From positions 2,219,757 through 2,283,756 of the forward strand of contig OY969414.1 in the NCBI GenBank assembly GCA_963699155.1: a DNA stretch of 64,000 nt. The letters are read 5' to 3'. The notes under the pieces are model-generated. The model ran no database searches. It was not told the origin of the DNA and saw only the letters and a list, made by a program, of their open reading frames with translations. The first letter of the stretch is position 1, and each line of letters opens with the position of its first letter. Positions 56,272 to 64,000 of the stretch are shown here, piece by piece. Origin of the DNA: an uncultured Chlamydiales bacterium (GTDB lineage: Bacteria > Chlamydiota > Chlamydiia > Chlamydiales > JAAKFR01). The position numbers and the translations under genes are program-made.

Positions 56272-57528
56272 CTATTTGCGGAAAGGGGCGAAGATGATGG
56301 AGGAGTTGTGGCCGCCGAAGCCGAAGGAGTTGGAGAGGGCAACATCGATGGTGTGTGCTTTGGCTGTGTGGGCGATGGGGTCGATGTCGCGAAGGATGGG
56401 TTCGGGGTCATCGAGGTTGATGGTGGGGTGGAGTTTTCCTGTTTTGATGGCCATGATGGTGGCGATCGCTTCGATACCACCTGCAGCACCTAGACAGTGG
56501 CCCGTCATCGATTTGGTGGCATTCATTTTGATCTTCTTGGTGAGAGGTCCAAAGACTGTGTGGATGGCTTCGACCTCTGCCGTATCGCCGAGAGGTGTGG
56601 AGGTGGCGTGGGCATTGATGTAATTGATGCGCTCTTTGGAAACTCCTGCATCTGCCAAAGCCATTTCGATACATTGGGAAATCCCACGGCCATCTTGGCG
56701 GGGAGCTGTCATGTGGTAGGCATCGCAGCTGACGGCTCCGCCGAGATATTCACAGAGAATCGGTGCGCCGCGCGCCAGAGCGTGCTCCAAACTTTCTAAG
56801 ACGAGGACGCCCGAACCCTCACCCATTACAAAACCATCACGGCCCCTATCCCAAGGGCGTGAAGCCTTTTCGGAGGCATCGTTGCGCTCTGAAAGCGCTC
56901 CATTGGCCACAAAGCCGGCCAAACCGACAGGATAGACAGCAGCCTCAGCGCCGCCCGCGATCATGAGATCGGCATGACCCATCCGAATGTGGTTGGCTGC
57001 AGCTGTAATACTAAAATTGGCTGTCGCGCAAGCAGTCGAAATAGAGTAGTTAGGACCCATAAAGTCGAGATCGATCGCCAGAAGAGCGCCAGCCATATTG
57101 GTAATGATATAAGGAATAAAGAAGGGAGTCAGTCGCTTATAGCCCTTTTCACTGAGGGTTGTAGTGCCCTCGTAAAAGGTACGCAAGCCTCCCATCCCCG
57201 AGCCAACCAGCACCCCACAACGCGTTTTATCAAAGCTTGCGAGTAACTCCGGTGTGATCTGAGCCATCTCTAGCGCCCTCTTGCCAGCCACAATCGCATA
57301 GCGAATAAAGGGATCGATCCGGCGATCTTGTTTGCGGTCGATGTAGGCGCTGGCATCAAAATCGGGAACGCTGGCAGCAAATCGTGTGGGATAATCTTCG
57401 CAGGGAAAATGGGTAATCGGCCTTACACCACTTTTTCCGGCCAAAAGAGCGTTATAAAATTCATCGACATCGTTTCCAAAACAAGAAACAATCCCCATTC
57501 CTGTGACAACGATTCGTTTTTTACTCAT
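56272..57528 (-). CDS. fabF: beta-ketoacyl-ACP synthase II
   Basis: STACAT, NAHATST, GHCLGAAG, SNSFGFGGHN. Confidence 0.97.
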   Translation of the reverse strand: MSKKRIVVTGMGIVSCFGNDVDEFYNALLAGKSGVRPITHFPCEDYPTRFAASVPDFDASAYIDRKQDRRIDPFIRYAIVAGKRALEMAQITPELLASFDKTRCGVLVGSGMGGLRTFYEGTTTLSEKGYKRLTPFFIPYIITNMAGALLAIDLDFMGPNYSISTACATANFSITAAANHIRMGHADLMIAGGAEAAVYPVGLAGFVANGALSERNDASEKASRPWDRGRDGFVMGEGSGVLVLESLEHALARGAPILCEYLGGAVSCDAYHMTAPRQDGRGISQCIEMALADAGVSKERINYINAHATSTPLGDTAEVEAIHTVFGPLTKKIKMNATKSMTGHCLGAAGGIEAIATIMAIKTGKLHPTINLDDPEPILRDIDPIAHTAKAHTIDVALSNSFGFGGHNSSIIFAPFRK

Positions 57529-57892
57529 TATATTCCCTCTCTTGAAGGACGAGGTCGACGATTTTCCCCTCGCGCCATAATTCTTCTAAACGGTACCGAT
57601 CACGTAGACCCGGTTTAAAGAGGTGGATCACAAATTCCAAATAGTCGATGACTACCCAATCCCCTTGATCCAGACCTTCTACGTGAAGAGGGAACTCTCC
57701 CTCTTTTTTTAACTGTGCGACCGACTCTTTCGCGAGAGCGATGACATGCTTATCAACATTACCCTCAGCGATGAGAAAAAAGTCAGTCAATGTCGAGACG
57801 CCCCGCACATCGAGCGCCAGGATATTAAAGCCCTTCTTATCATAGATAGCTTGGGCAATAATATTTAAAAGGCGCGCAGGATCTCTCTTCAT
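57521..57892 (-). CDS. rsfS: ribosome silencing factor
   Basis: DKKGFNI, DWVVIDY, RYRLEELW. Confidence 0.95.
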   Translation of the reverse strand: MKRDPARLLNIIAQAIYDKKGFNILALDVRGVSTLTDFFLIAEGNVDKHVIALAKESVAQLKKEGEFPLHVEGLDQGDWVVIDYLEFVIHLFKPGLRDRYRLEELWREGKIVDLVLQEREYNE

Positions 57893-58506
57893 GTTAGGGT
57901 GTTAAAATATAATTGATGGACCATTATATAGTCCAGGACTTTCTCAGGGATTAAGTGGCCACAGTAAAATCTTTTTTTGAGCCTGTCCCGGATCTCGGAC
58001 GCGCTGATCTCGAGTTGACGGGTGGGGATGATCCCCTGGCGGATAACCTCATTCACCTCAACCCCTAAACCGAGCTCGGGCAGATGAGTCATCAGCTCCG
58101 ATTTATGTCTGGAGCCGATGAGCAAAGGGAGCAGACGAGCCAATTCTTGATATTCTTTCCATTCCCGAAAACGGATCAGGCTATCCTCGCCGACCACTAG
58201 AGAGAAGCTGAGATCTGGGTAGCTTTGTTTGAGAAGTTTGACTGTATCGATCGTATAGGAGGGGGGTCGCCTTTCGATTTCGACGGGGCAGATCTGAAAG
58301 CATGGGATTGGCTCAAGACCGATTTCTAATATTTTGAGACGGTGTTGGTCAGCTAAATGTGGCTCACCCGTTTTCAATGGAGAACAATGGGCGGGGATGA
58401 ACCAGACCTCATCGAGCTCTCTTTTTTCTTGGATCTCGAGAGCTAGATTGATATGGCCAAAATGGAGCGGATTAAATGTCCCTCCGAAAAGGCCCACTTG
58501 CTTCAC
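57889..58506 (-). CDS. nadD: nicotinate-nucleotide adenylyltransferase
   Basis: GGTFNPLHFGH, SYTIDT, ISASEIR. Confidence 0.95.
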   Translation of the reverse strand: MKQVGLFGGTFNPLHFGHINLALEIQEKRELDEVWFIPAHCSPLKTGEPHLADQHRLKILEIGLEPIPCFQICPVEIERRPPSYTIDTVKLLKQSYPDLSFSLVVGEDSLIRFREWKEYQELARLLPLLIGSRHKSELMTHLPELGLGVEVNEVIRQGIIPTRQLEISASEIRDRLKKRFYCGHLIPEKVLDYIMVHQLYFNTLT

Positions 58507-59123
58507 AAAATCTCCCACCCTTTTTCGAAGGCGACCTTCTTGAGGCGGCGCTGTGGATTGACAGCGACAGCGATATCGGCAGCTTGCAGGAAAGGAAGAT
58601 CGTGATAGCTATCAGAAAAAGCGACCGTTTTTTCAGAGCCCAAAGCGAGTAGCTCTTTTTTCTTACGATCACCATCCATCAAGAGGTCTAAACTGGAAAA
58701 TTTACCTTGTTTATCAATCTGATATTCAGTGGCGTAGACTTTTTCGACCTCCAACTTTTTCGCAATATGTTCGACAAAAAAGCGGGGAGAATTGGACAAG
58801 ATGATGCACTCGAATCCCCTTCGCCTCATTCTCTCTAGCCGCAAGACGGCAGGCGCATACCAGAGTTCATTGACGTGGCTGTTCAAGAACTCATCGATAT
58901 AGGGAACAAGATCTGAAACGGGGCATCCCTTAAAGGAGCGTTCAAAAATGTAGGTATGGAGATCCCAGAAAGAGAGACCGAGGAAACGGTGGCGCGCATA
59001 GGTCCAGGCATAGTAGAACATATCGCGCTCAGAGATAAACCCCTTTTCACAGAGAAAGTCACAGAAGAGAAAACTTCCGTTCTTTTTCAAAAGGGTGCCG
59101 TCCAGATCAAAAGCGGCAATCAC
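58503..59123 (-). CDS. HAD-IB family phosphatase
   Basis: FDLDGTL, AFSDSYHDLPFL, AVNP. Confidence 0.9.
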   Translation of the reverse strand: MIAAFDLDGTLLKKNGSFLFCDFLCEKGFISERDMFYYAWTYARHRFLGLSFWDLHTYIFERSFKGCPVSDLVPYIDEFLNSHVNELWYAPAVLRLERMRRRGFECIILSNSPRFFVEHIAKKLEVEKVYATEYQIDKQGKFSSLDLLMDGDRKKKELLALGSEKTVAFSDSYHDLPFLQAADIAVAVNPQRRLKKVAFEKGWEIL

Positions 59124-59138
59124 GTGTCACCGAGCTGT

Positions 59139-60785
59139 TTATTTACTTTTCTTGAGGTCGCGGATTTTCTTTTTGATTTCGGCGATCGTTTCATCAATTT
59201 TCGCCAAAGCCCCTTTCTCCGTCTCCATCAGCTCACCATAGCGCATCGCTTTTTCAAAGTCTAGACCAGAACCACCGATAATTTTACGATACTCTTCGAT
59301 CTGATTTTTGATCTCTTTACGTCTCTCCGTCTGCTGATTCAAGATTTTTTCCAGATCCTCAAGAACAGCGCGGTCATCTGCAGAAAGCAGCAAGACTGCC
59401 TGGCTCTGTTTTTCAGCGATATGATCGCGGATCGTTTTCAATGTTCTTTCGAGATGCTGCCGTTCGGCTTTCGTTATCGAAAGAACATGAAGGCTCTTTC
59501 TTGCCTCCTCTAATTCTGCAGAAAGAGAGTCGATATCCCCATGGACCGAATTTTTCTGGAGCGTTTCAACCTGTTGCCTGAAACTTTCGACTTTTTCTTG
59601 GCGCGCTTTTTCAAATTCCGCCTCTTTTTCTCGCCGCTGCTGCTCCTGTGCCGTGGCCTGGGTCTCGAGAGGCTCCCGCGCTTGTCGCAAGAGATCTTTC
59701 AAGAAGTTGACATCATGCCTTGTGAGCTGCACATCGCGCATGGCACGGCTGATCGCATCCAACTGAGTAAGCCCCTCATCCATGGATAGAGGTTTCTCTC
59801 TCTGACCTTCGATGAAAGTTTCGATTTGGGTCTTGATCTGCTGCACATTTTCAGAGGACTTCTGACGGTGTTCAGCATACTCTTTTTTGAGCTCCTTCTC
59901 CATCCCCTTCAACTTATCCCAGCAATTGCTCAACATCTCACGGGTTACGGAGAAGGCGTGCGTATTCAGTGTCAGAATTTTAGCTACAGTTTGTAGGTTT
60001 TTGATCTCATTGCGGAAGAGAAAAACAGAGCGTCTCACCTCAGCTTCATCGAAATTCTGCTCCGAAAAGTACTCCTCTGCAAAAGTCGAAACATCATGGA
60101 CAAACATCTCGCTGATCGTGCGGATGAGCTCTTTTCGCGTGGGGAAAACCAGATCGCCTAATAGGGAAAGATCTTGGAAAAATTTATTTTTTTGTCGGAT
60201 ACGCATCTCAGTTCGGATCAGCTCTTTGCGGAGTGCATTGATGCGTGAAGCGTAGAGATTTAAGAGATTGAGTTGCTTCTGCTGTTTTTGATAGGCAAAG
60301 AAATTTGTCTCTAAGGTATGAATTTCGGCAGGAAAGTCCACAGAGGGCGCTTTTTCCAGAATCTCGTCGATATGGGCATGGTAGCCTTTTACTTCATTCT
60401 CGAGAGAGGCAATGGCAAGATCGATCTGTTCTACCGCGAAGGCTGTCTCTTGATCGAGCAGATTTTTGAGCCGGCGCCCTTCACGCGTCAATTCGATATA
60501 TTCGCCCCAGAGCTGATTGCGCGCCATCGGAGTGATCGCCTCTTTGAAAAGAGGCAGACAGGTTTTCCGCACATCCCAAAAACCTTTGAAGTTGGGATTC
60601 CCTGGCTGAGAGAGCGCCTCGCGCATAAAGGCAATACAGACCTTCAACTTCTCTTCGGGTGTCGGAAGATTTTCGATCTCTTTGAGAAGATTTTCGACTT
60701 GAGGAGATTTGGGATCGTCTTGCGAAGGTTTAGAATCGTCTTGCTTGGGTAGGTCTTGTTCTTCCATGAGTAGGGTTTGGGTCAT
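59139..60785 (-). CDS. conserved chlamydial coiled-coil protein (CT768-like)
   Basis: FWDVRKTCLPLF, LSNCWDKLKG, GSGLDFEKAMRY; synteny. Confidence 0.8.
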   Translation of the reverse strand: MTQTLLMEEQDLPKQDDSKPSQDDPKSPQVENLLKEIENLPTPEEKLKVCIAFMREALSQPGNPNFKGFWDVRKTCLPLFKEAITPMARNQLWGEYIELTREGRRLKNLLDQETAFAVEQIDLAIASLENEVKGYHAHIDEILEKAPSVDFPAEIHTLETNFFAYQKQQKQLNLLNLYASRINALRKELIRTEMRIRQKNKFFQDLSLLGDLVFPTRKELIRTISEMFVHDVSTFAEEYFSEQNFDEAEVRRSVFLFRNEIKNLQTVAKILTLNTHAFSVTREMLSNCWDKLKGMEKELKKEYAEHRQKSSENVQQIKTQIETFIEGQREKPLSMDEGLTQLDAISRAMRDVQLTRHDVNFLKDLLRQAREPLETQATAQEQQRREKEAEFEKARQEKVESFRQQVETLQKNSVHGDIDSLSAELEEARKSLHVLSITKAERQHLERTLKTIRDHIAEKQSQAVLLLSADDRAVLEDLEKILNQQTERRKEIKNQIEEYRKIIGGSGLDFEKAMRYGELMETEKGALAKIDETIAEIKKKIRDLKKSK

Positions 60786-60855
60786 ATTAGAAGGGACGTT
60801 GACAAAAAACTTTAAAGTGAAGATCTTAATGATTCTACTACTTTTCGTCAATGCA

Positions 60856-61980
60856 ATGGCTCGCATCACTTATCAGGAAGGACTCGAACTTTTCAAAACC
60901 GGCTCTCTAGAAGAGCTAAAACTGCGTGCTCAAGAGAGGCGCAATCAAAAAAATCCCCCCTCACAGGTCACCTTCGTCCTCGACTCCAATCCGAACTATA
61001 CCAATGTGTGCAACATCGACTGCACTTTTTGTGCCTTCTACCGCCATGGGAACGCCAAAGATGCCTATACCAAAACGATCGAAGAGGTGATGGCCCATAT
61101 GGAGAAGGCGCGCCGCGCAGGATTGAAAACGGTGCTGCTTCAAGGTGGAGTCAATGACGATTTAAAAATTGACTATCACGTTCAGCTGGTCAAAACAGCG
61201 CGTGAACGCTATCCCGATATTCATCCCCACTTTTTCAGTGCTGTCGAGATCTGGAACGCCGCGCGCGTCTCGGGGATCACCATTCATGAAGCCTTAGAAA
61301 AGCTCTGGGAGGCGGGCTTACGCACCATTCCTGGAGGAGGCGCGGAGATTCTCTCCGAAAGAGTGCGCACCGCCATCTCTCCCAAGAAAATGGGCCCTGG
61401 CGATTGGATCGCCCTCCACCATCTCGCCCACCAAATTGGCTTCAAGACGACAGCCACGATGATGTATGGCCACATCGAAGAGCCCGAAGATATCCTCGAC
61501 CATCTGGAAACCCTCCGAAGCCACCAGGATCGACTTCCTGGCTTCACCAGCTTCATTCCCTGGAGCTATAAGCGGAATCGCACGCTGTTGCGCCGTACGG
61601 TGAAAAATTGGGCTGGTAAAGATGCCTATTTCCGCATCCTCGCCTTTTCCCGCATCTATCTCGATAATTTTGATCACATCGGCGCTTCTTGGTTCAGTGA
61701 GGGCAAAGAGATCGGCATCGAATCGCTCCACTATGGCGCCGACGACTTCGGCGGTACCATCGTGGAAGAGAATGTCCACCGCGCCACCGAATGGATCTGC
61801 AAAGCTGACCATAACGATATGCTCCAGATGATCCGCGCCGCCGGCTTCGAGCCAGCCCAGCGCAACTCTTTCTACCAAATCATCCAGACCTACGCCGGTG
61901 TCGACACCGTCTACGTCCCCCCCGAAGGCCGTGTCACCGAGTCTGACAACCTCCCAGCGCTTGGCATTTTGAGTAAATAA
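60856..61980 (+). CDS. mqnC: cyclic dehypoxanthinyl futalosine synthase (radical SAM)
   Basis: NYTNVCNIDCTFCAF, LLQGG, PGGGAEIL, TATMMYGH, GADDFGGT. Confidence 0.9.
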   Translation: MARITYQEGLELFKTGSLEELKLRAQERRNQKNPPSQVTFVLDSNPNYTNVCNIDCTFCAFYRHGNAKDAYTKTIEEVMAHMEKARRAGLKTVLLQGGVNDDLKIDYHVQLVKTARERYPDIHPHFFSAVEIWNAARVSGITIHEALEKLWEAGLRTIPGGGAEILSERVRTAISPKKMGPGDWIALHHLAHQIGFKTTATMMYGHIEEPEDILDHLETLRSHQDRLPGFTSFIPWSYKRNRTLLRRTVKNWAGKDAYFRILAFSRIYLDNFDHIGASWFSEGKEIGIESLHYGADDFGGTIVEENVHRATEWICKADHNDMLQMIRAAGFEPAQRNSFYQIIQTYAGVDTVYVPPEGRVTESDNLPALGILSK

Positions 61981-62044
61981 ATCTTTTACTTATCTCACTA
62001 AAAGATTATCTTTCTTCCTTCGTAATGTTCATAAGGTTCCTAAG

Positions 62045-63307
62045 ATGAATTGGAAAGCTCTCTTTCTCTCAATTCTTGCCTGGCCTCTATCCCTCATAGC
62101 GGCCAATGTGGCCTATGTGGCCGAAATTAATAACGGTTCAGTCGCTGTAGTCGATTTAAGCACAAATATGGTGATTACCACGATTCCGATAGGGGCTGGT
62201 TCGGAACCTGTCAACATTGCGATCACCCCCAATGGACAGTTGGCTTTAGTGACCGATTTTGGAACCGGTACTGTTTCCGTGATCGATACCCATACGAACA
62301 CAGTTGTAAATACAATTACCGTAGGAACCAACCCGCACGGAATCGCAATCACTCCAGATGGCAATTTTGCCTATGTCGCCAATTTTGGAGGAGGTGGTGG
62401 TACCACTGTTTCAGTGATCAATATAGCCACCGGCATGGTTCAAACGATTAGCGGTTTTGATGGACCTGAAGGAGTGGCCATCACTCCAAATGGTCAATAT
62501 GTTCTTGTCGCTAATAACGCAGCGGGCGCCAACACTGTCTCGGTCATCGACCCCACCACGAACACCATCATAAAAACCATAACTGTAGGTATTGGGGCCT
62601 TTGAAATTGCCGTCACACCAGACGGAAAATCGGCCTATGTGACCAATTTTGAGGGAGATTCCGTCAATATCATCGATATAGCGACACTCACTGCTCCCGC
62701 CATTCCTCCCATTACCTACCCTGCAGGCTCACAGCCTGCTGGAATTGCCATTACCCCTAACGGACAATTTGCCTTTGTGACGCTTTTTGGTATTAGCGCC
62801 GGAACTGAAGTTTCTGTCATTAATATTGCTAACAATACCACTTCAACGATTCCTGTGGGGACAGGGCCCGTTGACGATGCGATCAGCCCCGATGGCAAGT
62901 TTGCGTATATTACAAATAACAGTTCTGGGACTGTTTCTGTCATCGATATCGCCTCAATGCAGGTGGAAGCTACAATCCCGATCGGCGCTGGTAGTGGTCC
63001 CTACGGGATAGCGATCCTTTTTGGAGTTCAACCTGCGACAGATGGAGCAATCACACAGCGCTTCGATGAATTTCTGACACAAGTCTGCTATGAGAATACA
63101 ATCACCTTTTCTCCCCCTCCCTTTGGCACACCCCCTGCCTCATACATCATCTTTGGAGATGCAAATCTGACGCAGGTCCTAGCCACTCTCCCTGCATCAG
63201 GCCCTCTTCTCTTTCAGATCTGCTCCACGAAAAAGCACATGACCTACTACATCGTGGCAGTAGATGCTTTTGGCAATCGCTCAACCCCAATCTCCGTCAG
63301 CATATAG
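62045..63307 (+). CDS. secreted YVTN/YncE beta-propeller protein
   Basis: Signal peptide; seven ~43-aa repeats (PxGIAITPDG..AYV.N...VSVID); Fn3-like tail YYIVAVDAFGNRS. Confidence 0.88.
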   Translation: MNWKALFLSILAWPLSLIAANVAYVAEINNGSVAVVDLSTNMVITTIPIGAGSEPVNIAITPNGQLALVTDFGTGTVSVIDTHTNTVVNTITVGTNPHGIAITPDGNFAYVANFGGGGGTTVSVINIATGMVQTISGFDGPEGVAITPNGQYVLVANNAAGANTVSVIDPTTNTIIKTITVGIGAFEIAVTPDGKSAYVTNFEGDSVNIIDIATLTAPAIPPITYPAGSQPAGIAITPNGQFAFVTLFGISAGTEVSVINIANNTTSTIPVGTGPVDDAISPDGKFAYITNNSSGTVSVIDIASMQVEATIPIGAGSGPYGIAILFGVQPATDGAITQRFDEFLTQVCYENTITFSPPPFGTPPASYIIFGDANLTQVLATLPASGPLLFQICSTKKHMTYYIVAVDAFGNRSTPISVSI

Positions 63308-63485
63308 AAAGACTTGGAGTTAACTGGCGCCGTTGCATAATTGCCATGTTGCGCAAGCTACATGGCTTTTTTGCTTCTGCGCCCCCACCCGCGCCTGAGA
63401 CCGAGGCTGCGCCAGCAGGCGAGGGTCTCAGCGGGGGAAAGATTGAAAGATCGCAAGCGGCAAGATATATTAGGATATCCTGCGA

Positions 63486-63602
63486 AGTTCGGCTAGGCCC
63501 GTAGGGCCTGCAGACAAAAATGACCCCTTTTTTCAAAACCTAAATTTTGAAAAAAAGGGGTGGTTTTTGTCTGCATCTGGCGCGAAGCGACAGGGCCGAA
63601 CT
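63486..63602. repeat. nested palindromic element
   Basis: ~30-bp stem tgcagacaaaaa..cccctttttt.caaaa / ttttgaaaaaaagggg..tttttgtctgca at 63509-63575 inside agttcggc...gccgaact. Confidence 0.75.
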
Positions 63603-63691
63603 GACCCATCCTGCCGGCGCAGCCGATCCTGCCCATCCTGTTAAATTACCCCCTTCTTTGCGACTTTGTGTTTAATTTTATGACGCAGAGG

Positions 63692-64000
63692 TTATTTCAC
63701 TAAGAGGCGTTTCATGCCGGAGACGTTGGCAGTTTCGGGGTTGGGCTGGGTGGCGACAGTTTTGCTCCAGAAATCGACGAAGTTGGGCCAAGCCTTGAGT
63801 CGCTTGAGGAGCCGGTCGGGGTGGGCGATCTGCCCTCTGAGTAGCGCGGCATCGATGATCAGATCTTGCATCCACTCGCTCTGCAGAATAAGGCGCATCT
63901 CCTCCTCTTTGGGGGCAAGTCGCCTCTTTCCTCTCTGAATGAGTTGGCCCGTTGCTGTGATGAGGAAGGCTCTATGTTTCACCTCGGGGTTGTCTGTCCC
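63692..64000 (-). CDS. hypothetical protein, 5' end outside the window
   Basis: Frame is open from the window edge to TAA at 63692. Confidence 0.55.
   Translation of the reverse strand, partial: GTDNPEVKHRAFLITATGQLIQRGKRRLAPKEEEMRLILQSEWMQDLIIDAALLRGQIAHPDRLLKRLKAWPNFVDFWSKTVATQPNPETANVSGMKRLLVK

Noticed and set aside
60709..60869. Overlapping divergent 5' ends of mqnC and the CT768-like gene
   Set aside because: The overlap disappears with starts at ATG 60856 and ATG 60785.

Overview
Chromosomal segment of an environmental (non-Chlamydiaceae) chlamydia. The backbone follows the Chlamydia trachomatis CT767-CT804 block as I recall it: ispE, rplI/rpsR/rpsF, pth, rplY, tRNA-Gln, glgA, pgsA, fused glyQS, dnaG, mutS, uvrC, rpsN/rpmJ/rpmH, rnpA, dsbH, priA, lysS, cysS, aas, cysQ, ldh, ppa, NUDIX, fabF, rsfS, mqnC. 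Extra genes include ADP-heptose enzymes, prs, nadD, a signal-peptide-bearing cytidine deaminase, three outer-membrane barrels, Inc-like proteins, a polyproline (FH1-like) candidate effector and a YVTN beta-propeller. Mobile or repeat DNA: an intact IS481, a decayed IS481, an IS4 with a nonsense codon, a RAYT transposase with five REP copies, a GxxExxY nuclease-fold gene bracketed by octamer-periodic inverted repeats with gene-less copies elsewhere, and several nested palindromic elements. Best leads: (1) the GxxExxY/octamer-repeat system; (2) an unidentified ~370-nt pseudoknot-rich ncRNA candidate at 52337-52706; (3) C-rich to G-rich skew flips centred on repeat and accessory sites regardless of gene direction; (4) a REP apparently translated as the IspE N-terminus; (5) the FH1-like effector. 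All family calls are by motif recognition; no searches were run.
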